From Felis catus (taxonomy: Eukaryota): a stretch of DNA of 64,000 nucleotides. The position numbers were made by a program, and so were the translations under genes. This document shows, piece by piece, positions 51,269 through 64,000 of the stretch (position 1 is the first letter of the stretch; each line of letters begins with the position of its first letter). The notes beneath the pieces were generated by a model. The model was not told where the DNA came from and searched no databases. It saw only the letters and a program-made list of their open reading frames with translations. The stretch is from the NCBI RefSeq assembly GCF_018350175.1, contig NC_058368.1, positions 118,670,001 through 118,734,000 of the forward strand, read 5' to 3'.

Positions 51269-52649
51269 AGCAATAGTTAACTTTTACTTATAGCTTCTTG
51301 TCTACAAGATAATGTGCCAAGCAGCTTTATATCCATCATATCATTTCATTTTTGTAAGATCAATATTTTTCCTCTAATTTACAAATTATAAACCTGATGT
51401 GCAAGAAGTTTAAGAAACAGCCTTTAGGAGAGGAGCTAGGGCTGAAATGCTTTCACAACCCAAGCTATTCAAATCTGTTCTAGTTTGTCTCTGAGCACTG
51501 CATTGTCTGAGCACCTACTGTTGGCTGCAAATGAGTAAGATCGGACATTTTTCCCAAGGTGCTCCAATTTTATCAGGGTACAACTAAGCATGATACCGTG
51601 TGCTAAGTGGCATCCAATAAGATGAGTAAAATGTATGGCATCACTGAGGAGAAATCATTTAATTTTGTTGGTATCAGGCTCAGACAGATAAAGACGTTTT
51701 CTAGGCAGAGAAAGAGTTGAGACAAGAGGAACAGCCTTCCAGGGGAACGTCAGTCAATCAGGATTAATTAACTCATGTGTATTAAACTTTACACGGTTGA
51801 GAAAGAATGGTGGGTAATATGTTAGCAAGTGGTGGGGGATGCTGCCAAAAACTGTTGGTTTTACCCATTGTCTGGAGTCTTGAAAGCTATAGGAAAGGGT
51901 TTGTGTTTACTCCTGAAAAATGAGAACTGTCAGGTTTCCAGGTAAAGGGGTGAAATGATTACCTCAGCGCTTTGGAAGGACCTCCCTTGGAGCTGAACCA
52001 AATTGCACTTTGATTATTGATATCAAAATCACTTGTTAAATCGTGAAATCATAGAGCTGACCATACTATTGTAAACTTGTGGCTTTATATATAAAAACAG
52101 TTTCAGAGTGTAAACTTTGACTTACAGTCCTTACTTAACACAAGGTACACTAAGATCCTAATTTTATTTGGTTCTTCGTGAGATCTAAAGAAGAATAAAC
52201 TTAAGAGATTGCCTTTTTTAAACAAACAAACAAACAAACCTGTAGTCACATTTCAAAGGGGAAAGATTTTAAGTCTTGCTGCAAACTTGGTTTAAGGTAA
52301 CACTCTGTTATGTAAAATGACCATTTCTGTATGGATGCAATCTTTGCCCAGCTCACAGCTGATCACTCTCAGCCTTAAAACATCAAGCAGGCCAATTTGT
52401 AGGGTTATAGTGGCAGGTACCAATATTTATATGCTGCTAGTTAAGATAGTAAAGCAAAATGGTGAGTGCTGTCATTGTAAAATGCCCCAAAGCCTAGGGA
52501 TTTTGCTACTTTAAATTTTTTTTTTTTTTTGGAAGACTACATTGCCAACAACTTTAAAATTTTAGGTGTTTGGGAAGAGCAATCCTATCAAGGAAACAAA
52601 CTGCTTTCTTCTTATATAGTTTTAGTTAAACATGAAATCTCTGGTTAAT

Positions 52650-52652
<3 letters not shown>

Positions 52653-52696
<44 letters not shown>
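52653..52696. repeat. (GT)22 microsatellite
   Basis: Direct reading. Confidence 0.95.
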
Positions 52697-52699
<3 letters not shown>

Positions 52700-55024
52700 A
52701 TCTTCCTATTAAATTCCAACCTATAATAGTAGGATTGGACCCACTCGTTCTGTGATGGTCCACAATATTTCTTATGGCTGTGACACTCAAAAGGGTTTTT
52801 GCACATGAAGAAGAATGTGCATGTGCGCATATGTGCCCGTGCACCACATGCTTTTATCAGTATTGCCCCCTTTAATGCCTGTCGATCTTTTATAAAAGAA
52901 ATCATCATGATTCTTTTCCCCGGTTCATCAGTTTGCTTTGGAAGAGGTAGGAGGGTTGATCTTTACATTGTTAATTCTTAGAAATGCCCAAAGATGCCCC
53001 CTTTTAAAGTATGTTAACTTTGAATCTTACATGACAAGGAGAAGAGCTGGTAACCATGGATGGCCCCACTAAACACTAGGGTAAACACCATGGCCTAAGC
53101 AATCTTGCATTCCCATTGGAATGGTAGTGTCTTTCAACGCATTTGTCTTGATTTGAGTTGATTTGGGCCCACCAAACTACCTTGATCTGCTTTTACCAAA
53201 ATGTCAGTGGAATTGAAATCCATTGCACTGCTGTTGGGATTTGCACACAAAATGTACATCAGTTAATAAAATACAATTGGCTTGAGCTGTTTTTGGCAAC
53301 TGACAAGCATTTGGTAGTTTTATTTCATTTTCTTGATATTTCAAGTTGTTGTTGATATGCAACATTAATGATGATCATGGAGACTGGGAATTAGGGGAAT
53401 TAATGGGAAATTAATCTTGTATCTTATGATCGTGGCTTTTTTTATGTGTTCATCAGGAATTTTTGTGACCTTTCCTTCCATTCATTCCTGAATATACTTT
53501 TTTTGGTCCTATCCATGTTAGGTTTAAAAGTAAGCTAGATTTACTTGTGTGCTGGGCTGGAATGCTTCCTTCACGGGCCTTTTTACTTTTCTTGAGTGTC
53601 AAGTGTGTGCACGTTAATCTTTAATCATGTGATAAGGTTGTGGATCTAAGCATGTATATTCCCTCCCAATAAGCCCCAGATAAACCAATCATTGTGTGAA
53701 TGTGTAGCTCCTTTAATGTTGCTCAGATAAGGGTAGAGTTTTGTTATGTTTTCGTCTCTTCCTCTCTGTTGACAAAAAGAACAAGAAATAGAATCTTTTT
53801 TGAGATAGTAAAAACCCTAACATCCCATGGATTACCCGTGCCATCTACATATGCCCTCCGTTACTAAATGGAATTGGTTTCTTCTTGAAGGACTGTTAAT
53901 AAAACTCCCAAACTACTTTCTAAATTGTTGATCTCTCTGCCAAAATGCTGATAGCGATAGGACATCGGACTTCCAATTGTCCTTAAAAACCCTCTCTGTA
54001 GCTGTAGCCTATGAATTTGGTTTCTTAACTGTTACTATAAATGAGCCCTATTACGACTTGCCTGGTTTTCCCATGGAAAGGCGCTGGGTTTATGGCTTCT
54101 TGGGCCCTAAGTGGCCTTGCTGCACTGTCTGTCCATGAGAGGGAGTGGGCAGTCTGCGAGCCCTGCTTGGTAGTTCCAGCCTTCCACTCCCAAAGCAGAC
54201 AGTCCTCACGTTAAACAAGCCCAGATTTGTTGATCCTTTAATACTTGGAACTGATGAATTTGTGTCTCAGGAAAACATTCATTCTCTTATGTTTTGCTTT
54301 GTAATCCCCAGGCCTCTGTCATTGATTTATTGTCTGAGAGCTACTTTGCAGTTACAGACCAGGAACTCTTCATCATGACCTAATTTTCCTCCCATAAAAA
54401 TCACAGCACATAATAAAGAGTGTACCCCACACATTTTAGGGAAGCTCCTAATCCTTGTAAATTACAGGAGCATGTATGAACGGGACCAGAAGAGGTGTAA
54501 AAATGTGTATGTGCCATGGCTAAAAACAAATTTAGCAAGTGTCAGTGGTCTACAGTGTCAAGATGGGCCTCTGGCAGGCAGGGGGGGCAGGCAGTGAAAC
54601 TTGAGTTTTGTAGATGATGCAAAGGAAAAGAACAGGAAATTTTAACATTGCTGTAAACAGTTAAGATCGATGTTTTGCAAAGAGCAGTAATTAAATTTGC
54701 ACTTATAAATTAAATCCTTGTGTCCTGACTGCAAATAATTCATTGTTGAGTCTCCACTTATTTCCCTTCTTCCACTTTTTTACTGAATACAGTAATATCT
54801 CTTGAACGCTGAGTGTCAAACCGTGTTAGGTGTTTCAGTCTTCGCCACAGTCCCAGGAGTTTTTACAGATGAGGCATCTGAAGGTCAGAGAGTTACACAA
54901 CTTGTTCAGAGTCCCAGAACTACTAGTAAGCAACTAAAGTCAGATCCATTGAACTGTAAAACTTGTATCCTTTTTGTTTTGTCCTCTGTCTCTCAAATTA
55001 ATAATAGGTATAAAGACTACAGGT

Positions 55025-55250
55025 GCTTAAGATCCAGACAGTCGTGCTAAGTTTCCAGTCCAGCTACGTGCACATAGGTGACCTTGGACAAATCAGTTTA
55101 TCTTCACGGAGTCTTAGTTTCCTTGCATTCACTATGCCAAGAATAATAGTACCTTTCTTACAGAGTTATTCTGAGTAAAAATAATGAGATAATTTATGCA
55201 AATAACTGAGCATGATGGCCACTCAATACCTATTGGTTATTTTATTGTTA
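55025..55250 (+). mobile_element. MIR relic
   Basis: gtgaccttggacaaatcagtttatcttcacggagtcttagtttcc...aatgagataatttatg. Confidence 0.55.
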
Positions 55251-55797
55251 TTTATACCACTACCATCTCTAGCCCATTCTTTGCTAGGTTCCGTGTGCCC
55301 AGTGCTTCATGTGCCTTAGCTTTTTAATAGCTCTGTGAGGCAGGCATAGGATCCTCCTTGTTTACACAAGAGAAACAGGCTCAGAGGGATTGAGGCTCTT
55401 GCCTGAGTTGAACCCAAGTCTGTCTAGCTCCTAAGCCTCTTTGCTTTCCACCCATATGACAAGTGTACATTCCTTTCCTGTGCTTTTTGTGGCCTTGTGA
55501 CAGTGATGCTGATTATCAGTGTTGGTGAGGTCAGTGCAGCTGTAGGTGTTGCCCACTGAGTAAGCAGCAGAACCTGGACTCCACCCGGTTCTGTGTGACT
55601 GCAGAGCCCAAAGTGCCCTGACCACTCTCCTGACCACAGCTTAAGGAGAAACAGGAGCTTGGTATTTATGGGACTGCTAATTCCACTTATAGGAAGCTTG
55701 AAATTGAGAATACTTGGAAGAGTATCCAGAGTTGTATTTTTATTTTACAGTTTTATTCCTCAGTAGCTTCCAGAAGGCTTATAGCCTTCCCAATAAG

Positions 55798-55992
55798 TTT
55801 TTTTTTTAATGATTATTTATTTTTGAGAAAGTGCAAGAATGGGGGAGGGGCAGAGGGCAAGGGGGACAGAGGATCGGAGCAGGCTCTGCACTGACAGCAG
55901 GGAGCCCAGTGCAAGGCTTGAACTGACAAACCCTGAGATCATGATCTCAGCCCAAGTCAGACACTCAACCAACAGAGCCACCCAAGCACCCC
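55798..55992 (-). mobile_element. Diverged Can-SINE
   Basis: Reverse-complement SINE ending agagccacccaagcacccc. Confidence 0.85.
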
Positions 55993-58224
55993 AGCTTTCT
56001 GAAAAACTTTTATTTCTAAGGCGTTCCTAACTAAGTCAGAATTAGTTTGTAAGTTTGGATAGAATTAACAGGCCACTTGGGGCACAAAATAAATCCCCGC
56101 CCCCCTTGTGTATTCATTTGGAAAGTCTCTGTGACATGAGTAGGTTGTTCCGGCCACATGGTAGAGTTCCATAAATCCATTGTTCATAGGTGATGGGAAC
56201 TCACCCTTCCATCATTCAGCAGTCATTTGTACACTGATTGTTCTGAACAGAACAAAGGAAACCTCGTTGGATTTTCTTGAAATTATCTCTTCCAAGCAAA
56301 ATAGGATCGGAATAACCAACAAAACTGTGAAAAATTCAGATTCGCATCAGAATTCCAAATTGAGCTTTTGGCACAGAGACAAACTCTTGGCCTGGCTAGA
56401 AGGTGGCCAGACCATAAGCAGGCTTGAAACAGCTCACATTTGTTCAAGTTTCAGAGTTAAGTGAACAACAGTATTTTGGGGAATGATTTCCCAGTCTCCT
56501 TAATGTAAGTTTGTATCCTCTGCACTGGTGGTCGTGAGGTCTCATTTACAGAGGTGCCCTTGCACTTCAGAAACACATGTAATCACAGTGGCGATAGTCT
56601 TGTGTCCGGCACTTTGCATTTTGGCGCATGAGAACAGCCCCATCAGAGCTCTTCAGCGGCCTGGGCCTGGCTCACATCGAGGCCCAGAGAGCTGGCCTTG
56701 GGGACTGTAGTTCTCACCTGAAATGGTGCTGGTTTCCCAAACAACTTTTCTTTGAAAGAAAGCTACCCATGTGCAAGAATCAAATACTCTCCTATGTTCC
56801 CACATCTCTTCCTGCTTGGTGTGTATCAGCATTGCTTTGGAAGCAATTTTTCATGCATCTGCCGAAATCCACGGCCTTTCCTCACAACTCAAGTCATCTT
56901 TGTTTCCCCAGCGTTTCCTACAGTTTTTAGGCAGGAGTACAACCACCACATTTTTGGTGACAGTTGAAATTAATATGCGTATACATTATCTCTGTGCCCA
57001 TTATAGTTGCGCGAAGAGCTCCAAAGCTTGGAGGCCAGACGTAAGGGGGCGGAGGCCTCTCACTAAGTCTGAATTCATTTTCAGATGTTTTCAGCTATCG
57101 GGATGGCCGAGAGGGCTGTACTTGAGGCCAGAGGCAGAGGGGTGCCAAGAGGCACCATTACCTGTTGAAATCCGTGCTTGTGGGTCTGGGGCATGGCTTC
57201 TATAGTGAAGATTGGCTGGAAAAGCTGAGCTGAAAGAATGAGACGGCTGAAGAAGTGGAGAGTGCAGATGGGAGAAGCCACAGCCGTAGATTCCGGTTCC
57301 CACCCCTCTCCTGCTTTGCTGTGCAGCAGGTCAGGAAATCTCTCCTGTGGCACGCTCACCCTCCTTTACATGCTGAATTGACCTGCGGCTTAGAGAGAGC
57401 TCACGTGAGTACCTAGCACAGCACCTGGCGTGCAGGCACGGATGATCACATACAGGAGCAAGGTTTACATGTCAGTGATATTCGTGTGCCATGAGGTGCT
57501 CACCCGGGAGTAGGCTCATGGCTCAGTGTTGTTTCGGGAACACAGTAAACGGGAGAAAGCCTCTTAGAGGCTGTGGTCCTTGAGCTCATTAAGAACCATG
57601 GTTTCTTTTTGCTTCCCTCCCAGATACTCAGGAGACTTGTACATATATATGCATAGCGCTGGTACTTATTTTTAGGGGTGCCAATTCCTCTGGAAGCCAG
57701 GATGTTTCTGTTGTTTTTGCTTTAAGTCCCCTTCTCTTCTTACCCCCTCGCCCCACTTGAACTCAGCTATGTTGTGATTCAGTTTATTTTGTTGAAAATT
57801 CAGTCCCCTAGGGAAAATATGATAATGCTGTTTTCAGACAGCTGTGTTTGGGAGCGAGACTGACTTAACCAGCTGGCTGGCATCATTGGAGCCCAAGGAC
57901 TTGCCAGCCCATGGAGCGCAGCTGTCTTGGCTAAAATTCTCATCATTCTTATGACTTTGCTTTCTATATATCTGCTTCAGAGTTCTACTTTAAAATGTAT
58001 GCACAAAGAAGAGAGGGCCATTAGTCTGTGGTGTGTCTAATGCCATCCATAGTTGAAGGAAGTGGGGTACCCCTACCTTTCTCTTGTTACTCATGATTGT
58101 TGAGAAAGAAGAAATCCAGAAGGAGGCTAGCTCCAGAATGACAGATGATAATGAGTGGATCAATAAATATTGATATCTTAATACTGTGTGGTTGTCATAT
58201 GACCATTAAGAATCACGTTTACCA

Positions 58225-58426
58225 TTTTTTTTAATGTTTATTTATTTTTGAGAGGCAGAGATAGCACAAGCAGGGGAGGGGCAGAGAGAGGCGGGGAGAC
58301 ACAGAATCCAAAGCAGGCTCCAGGCTCCGAGCTGTCAGCACAGAGCCCGATCCGGGGCTCAAACCCACGAACCATGAAATCATGACCTGAGCTTAAGTCG
58401 GATGCTTAACTGACTAAGGCGCACCA
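58225..58426 (-). mobile_element. Can-SINE with damaged head
   Basis: Reverse-complement SINE; the head lacks the gccaccca segment. Confidence 0.88.
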
Positions 58427-59065
58427 ACCTATTTTTTAAACAAGGGAGAAACGTTGAAATATACTGTTAGATGTGTGGGATACTAAAGTATGTAGATTAT
58501 ATAATCCCAATTAGGGAAGATGTTCTTTTGACATTGAGATAACTCACACAAAACACTTAACCTGGCGCCTGGCATATGGCAGATGCCCAGTAAATCACAG
58601 CTACCGGATGCAAACTCTCCAGCCACGGGGAACACATTTACCTCGTGCAGTGCTAGACCCAGAGTCCTCGGTATGAAGTAAATGCTCGAAAGATCTTTCT
58701 TGATTGAATGAATTAGTGTGACTATTTTTATGTGTTTGAAAAGAAATCTAGAAAAACCGAGGGAGACAGCTTTCTGTGTTATCTGTGATTGTATCTATAG
58801 TTGTGGCAGTTTAACCTCTCTGCCTTGGTTCTTCATTATAAATGGTGAGGACAGTACCTGTTGCTCCAGATCATTGAGAATTGAATGAGCCACATGTAAA
58901 ACACATGCAGTGACTAATCCCCAGGGAACTGACATTACATGGCGGCTACGGTAATCATGGCAAGCACTGTATAAGTGTAGCTGTTATCATAGTTCTAGCA
59001 AACTTATATCTGTAAAAAGAGAAAAAATTGTCATGATTTTAGTCTATTGTTTTCTTATTTTCCCT

Positions 59066-59070
<5 letters not shown>

Positions 59071-59103
<33 letters not shown>
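59071..59103. repeat. T33 homopolymer
   Basis: Direct reading. Confidence 0.9.
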
Positions 59104-59105
<2 letters not shown>

Positions 59106-59258
59106 TGAAAGCTTAAAAGAAAAAAGTTCATAAGAAAACTCACATGTTTGTAGTAGTTACCTTTAAGTAGTGGAATTGGAAAAGTTGTTCTCTTTTTTTT
59201 CTTGATGCTTTTCTACATTTTCCAAATGTTAGTACTGGTTACATTTGTCGTCAACCTT

Positions 59259-59299
59259 CCCCGCCCCGCCCCCCCCCCCCCCCCCCCCCCCCCCCCGCC
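59259..59299. repeat. C-rich tract including C28
   Basis: ccccgccccg(c)28gcc. Confidence 0.9.
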
Positions 59300-59893
59300 T
59301 TTTAAATAAGAAAACACTCAGCATCAAAGATGATGCACAGCTCCTGAACTAGAAAGCAGGCTCCATCTAAGGATGACAGAGGACCCAGAACTGGTGCTCT
59401 GCTCTGGACTTCTTCTTGGAATGTTATTTAAATGCATGTTTCACATTCTAAGAAAGTTGTGAAGCAGTCGTTAAGAACTGGTCAATAGAACCAGTGAGGA
59501 AAAGTAAAGGGGTTTTGATTAATTGGTTCTGGACAAAAGGTAGTCAGAAAGCTCAAAGCCTTGGTAATAGACCATGGCTTGTATTTAGCACAATACATTC
59601 CCATTTCTCCTGGAAAGAACAACCGACAGAACATCAGGGGAAGTAACAGCAGAAGGGGCTAGAAATGGAAGGAAATAGTCCCCAATATCCAGGATATGCT
59701 TCTGAAAGAAAACGTTTAATATCATTTCTGAGAGACGTTTCAAGTGAAATCCTGAGCAAATGCTGGTGGTCTTTTCGGGTCTTTTTTTGCTGATTCTTTC
59801 ATACCACCAAGCTTTTGGTTGTGCTGGTCGGGGCCTGTGCTTGCTCCCCCACTCACAGCAGCGTGTGACCCTTTTGTGAAACTTTACTTGCAG

Positions 59894-60032
59894 ATATTCA
59901 ACACCGTGCCTGATATGCCTCTCACCAATGCCCAGCTGCACCTGTCCCGGAAGAAGAGCAGTGACTCCAAGCCCCCTTCCTGCAGCGAAAGGCCCCTGAC
60001 GCTCTTCCACACCATGCAGTCAGCAGAGAAAC
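59894..60032 (+). CDS. ARHGAP26: Next coding exon of ARHGAP26 (end of GAP domain, start of Ser/Pro-rich linker; probably equivalent to human exon 19)
   Basis: Acceptor actttacttgcAG|ATA TTC AAC; translates IFNTVPDMPLTNAQLHLSRKKSSDSKPPSCSERPLTLFHTMQSAEK; donor AAC|GTGAGT; 139 nt, phase 0 start joins in frame with the preceding exon (ENHEK|IFNT). Confidence 0.95.
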
Positions 60033-60699
60033 GTGAGTCTCCTGCTCAGGGCCAGCAAGGTGCTCACGAGACGGCCCGTGCCACCTTCCAGCTGCTCAGG
60101 GTGCACACCTCCGGCCTCTCTCTGTGGGTGCCTGCCCTGCGTGTCCTTGAGGATGGTGTATGGCGGTGCCCTCACAAGTTTCATTGCTGAGTAAGCCTGG
60201 TAGGACAGGAAGTAGTGTTAGGAGAATGAAAGACAAGGGCCACTTGCTGTTCAGGATTCTCTTTCCAGATCTCCTTTGGGCGAACAGCTGAGCATTGTTT
60301 CTTCCTGCTACACAGTAAGAGCTCAGCTCCGGCGTTACTGCCTTGGCCCCTTTTTTGTTAGCGGCTTCCACAGAACCAGTTTCCTTTTCTCAGTTTGTAA
60401 TTAAATGCTTATTAGTGCAAGTCACATGCCCTATTGGACTGTGACTCTGAGGGCTGGCCCTTGCTTTGCTCATCCTTCTGCTCCACCTCACAGGGCCTGG
60501 CATGGAGCAGACACTTAATATATGTGTGAACTTAATTAATGAATTAATTAGAGAATAATGCCCTCTTTGTTCCAAGCAGTAGAGTGTTATCACCTCGGTT
60601 TGACTGAATCCTCTTCTCATGTCAGAACTGAGTTCTTTGCAGTTATCAGGCCACTGGGCCCTAAAATATCCAGGCTTATTTGAGCTTCTGTAATAAGAG

Positions 60700-60950
60700 A
60701 GCTGGGTGGTGGTGAGGGCTCCAGCTCTGCCTGGAGTCCCATCAGACCTGGGTTTTTGTGCCAGCAGCAATGCACGGGCAAGCCTTTTACCTTCTTGCAG
60801 CCTCCGTTTGCTCATCTGTGTAGTAGGGGTAACAGTGCCTATCTTAAAGGGATTTGTTAAGGATTAAATCCAATTTTGCATTTAAGCATCTGGCACAAGT
60901 CCTAGACTTGGCAAGAGCTGAGAGCTGCCACTATTATTACTAGTTATTGT
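60700..60950 (+). mobile_element. MIR relic
   Basis: cagacctgggtt...ctcatctgtgtagtagggg...ttgttaaggattaaat. Confidence 0.55.
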
Positions 60951-63900
60951 TTAATCACGTGCAAATACCAAGGCTAATTCTTTCATGCAACTGACGCTTA
61001 GACGAGGCCTGCAAGGGACTGGGAGTGTACAAATAGGACCTTGTTTTTAAAGTGGTCACAGTTGAGTGAGGGGAATAGACAAGTGAATGGATCATGTAGG
61101 TCACCACAGTAAGCACCTTCAGAGAGAGATACCCATTCACAGAGGCTGTGGAACATGTGACAGTTGAGAGCATGCACTGGTACCGGACTGCTTGGCTGCT
61201 AGCTCTGAGTCTGCCGCTCTCTGGCTGTGCACGATGTGAGCAAGTTAACTTGCATCTCGGGGCCTTGGGCTTCTCTTCTGGAAGACAGGGATACTAGTTT
61301 CTCCCTCACAGAGTTGTTGTGCAGATTAAAGCACTTCACACGGCACCTGGTGCACAATAAGCGCATTTACTGGGGCGGGGGTGGGTGGAGGGGGGGAGGT
61401 GTTGTTGTTATTGTTGCTGTTGTTGCCTTTATGAAGTACAGTAAAGGCACAGATCAGAAGAATCAGCCACTTGGCTTCGAAAAGGAGAGAAAATCCATAT
61501 CTGGATTGGCATCTTCTTCTTCCTTATGAAAAAGCATTTCTTATCCCCTGTATTTCAGAAGTTATCATTCTGAAAACAAATCTTCGCTGCCCGCAGAGCG
61601 TCACTGCATTTAAAGATGTCATACTATCCCATAAAATGGCTGGACCTTGGTGAATTTAGCACCCTTTGGGTTGTTTCAGATGTTTAGCTTTCATGAGTAA
61701 AGCCCCTGTTAATCTTTGTAGCTAAATCTGTTCATATACATGATCATTTCATTAAGATAAATCCTGGAAGAATTTCTAGGTGAAAGAATTTGTATACTTT
61801 TGGGGTTTTGACCCCAGTGAGGTTGAGTTCTCTTCAAACAATAGCCCGTGTTGCTCTTAAATACCTGGCTTGGGTCCTTCTCACTTCGGTCTGCACATGG
61901 CCTGGGCCCCTCTGAGTGTAGTAGGTAACACTCGGAACAGGACTGGTCTCACCCATATCTGCCATTACCGGGCATTAGGCTGTGGAGGGGTGTGTTCCTC
62001 AGGTGTCCAGGAGAGTGACAGTCACCTCGTTTTGTACTAAGCAATGAGCAGTGTAGGTTAGGATGGAAGCAGAAGCAGCTTGGAAGCAGGTCTACAAGCG
62101 TTCTCTGGGAGCATGTAAGGAAGAAGATGGAGATGAGGAGAAAATCAATTAGATCCTGACTCAAGATTAATTTTTATCACACGAGCCAGAGGATGAAAGT
62201 TAAGGATGTGTGAAAACAGGTGCATCTAAGCCGCAGACCGAGCTGTCATGTCCCTGTCTGCACCGTGGATGGAAGCATGGAAGACGGGAAGACAGTGAAG
62301 CAGCTTATCTTTCCTCCAAATGTTAGGAAATGCACCCTGGAAACAGGACTGGAACTTCCGTACACTCAAATATTTCAGGGGCACTTAGCTTTCTTCCCTG
62401 TCTTGGAGAAGAAACATTTCCATTGAAAAGAATGCGGGTGTGCATATATTCATAGACTTCTTATGGTTTGTTTTGGAAATCGCTTTTTTCTTGAGAAACT
62501 AGAAATGACATCCAAGCTGGCTTGGAAAGTGCCATAGGAGGGGTTGAGTGAGTTGATGCTGGAAGGGAAGGCTGGCCAGGAGCTGGAGGGTTTTGTGAGC
62601 ACCCCTCCCTGTTAGATGAGCAGGTGACAGGGCACTGTCTTGCTTGCACACAACTTACCCTTCCCTTTGTCTATCTGTGGATAAAGATAGAAGGCTACTT
62701 TATCAAAGCACTTTGCTGAATTTACTCTGTAGAATTAAAGTACAAATAAATACTGCAGGTAATTGGTGAGGGAAAAATTTGTGTATTTCCATATGGTGAT
62801 GTTTTTCAGTTTAAGGAACTTTGGCTACTTAGTCACTTCCCAAACTCGAGTCATTTGCATAGACCTTCATTTACTCTTTGGCCCTCAACCACATAATTCA
62901 TATGCTTTTGTTTGAATACATTTCTTTAAATTGATCTTAAGGCCTCTGCCTTCTTTACATGGCTTCATCCTACTTAGTAAAATCTCTAAAAATGTGAATT
63001 TGATGGTCTCACTGTTTTACTTTCTAATATACATTAAACATGTAACCATTAAAATAAAGATAAAGATTTCTTACTTCTCACCTGTGAAATTTGTACTACG
63101 GTTTGGAGTCCACAGATAGTACTTTGAATTTTTGAGTGACTCCTTTCCTTTCTCTTAATGTAAATATGTGAACTCAAGTTTGTTTTGACTAGAATTGGGT
63201 TCTGATACTGTCATTTGGCTGTTCTGTCACTGGGGGTGTGCACTCTTCACCTGTTACTTCCATGCTGTGCACTTTCAGTTCCTGTGACACCTGTCCAGCT
63301 TTGGTGTGACCTTACCTTTCTTCAGGTTCTGGCCACAGAGCAAAACCTTGTTACAGGGATTGCTCTTGTGTGGACACACAAGCACATCTTCACATAACCC
63401 TTCTGTACCTTGATTTTTGGCAGATGATGTTTTTCAGAACCCCATTTCCTCTTACTTCCTCCTGAGCTCAGTTACACTTTTCTCCTCACTGATGTCCTTG
63501 CACTTGAGAATTTTCTCTGTATTCCATTGGTTAGCCCTCTCTTCAGTCCCTGTTGAGATGTTTAATGGGCCTAAAATTCCTAGCGTAGCTCACTTGGATG
63601 CTTCCTTTGAGAGGTTCCAGTTGTTGATTGTCAGCGCACATTTTTCTCTCCCCTCTCCGCATTGCCCCCACTCTGTGCAGAAGACGTTTGTCTTAGACGC
63701 AAATCTCTGCCAATGCTCTTGGCCTCAGGTTGCAGGTTGTCTCCCTTTTCCTGGAGAGGAAGGTCCTGAGAGTCATCTTGGGAGTTCATAGGCTCAATCC
63801 TCTCTCTTTGTACTTCAGGCTCCTGGAAGCATGTGGCATATTAGCTGATGCTCCTGGATATGGGTCTTGTTTTCCAGAAGGAGTTTCTTCTTCTGTGGAA

Positions 63901-64000
63901 ATAGACCAGTTGTGTCCCACGCACCTCCATAAGATTCTTCAGCTTTAATCTTATGGGTATTAGTGGAATCTTCTCCCAACAGCATTTCCCCTTTCCCTAA

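Larger units (their letters stand above)
44898..59893 (+). other. ARHGAP26: ARHGAP26 intron (14,996 bp, GT-AG, phase 0)
   Basis: GTAATA...TTGCAG between two in-frame exons. Confidence 0.9.

Noticed and set aside
59585..60190. ORF 59585-60010 (-) and the flanks of ORF 59819-60190 (+)
   Set aside because: Antisense shadow and intronic extensions of the 139-nt exon
1..64000. CRISPR array, operon or prokaryotic defence system
   Set aside because: No regularly spaced repeat-spacer structure and no dense long ORFs; the sequence is a mammalian intron-rich locus

Overview
Mammalian (cat-family, Felidae) genomic DNA lying inside a large-intron gene on the + strand, ARHGAP26/GRAF1 (a Rho GTPase-activating protein). 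Two coding exons are visible: 44738-44897 (160 nt, C-terminal part of the RhoGAP domain, [26 protein letters not shown]...IENHEK) and 59894-60032 (139 nt, IFNTVPDMPLTNAQLHLSRKKSS...). Both have canonical AG/GT sites and join in frame. The rest is intron, with about 25 tRNA-derived carnivore SINEs (several young felid SINEC_Fc-type copies with target-site duplications, TSDs), L1, L2, MIR and MLT1 relics, hAT-Charlie DNA transposon relics and microsatellites. Apart from these two exons I see no support for protein coding in the ORF track. I found no prokaryote-type system (CRISPR, operon, defence island). The most interesting items are: a candidate 6-nt stop-containing ('poison') microexon at 1021-1026 with neural-microexon-like splice architecture; a second candidate poison exon at 18824-18907; a 31-nt tail-less U6 snRNA 5' retrocopy with a 17-bp TSD; closely spaced inverted young SINE pairs; and repeated SINE insertion into one target site. 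Repeat subfamily names are from recalled consensus sequences, and old-repeat boundaries are approximate.
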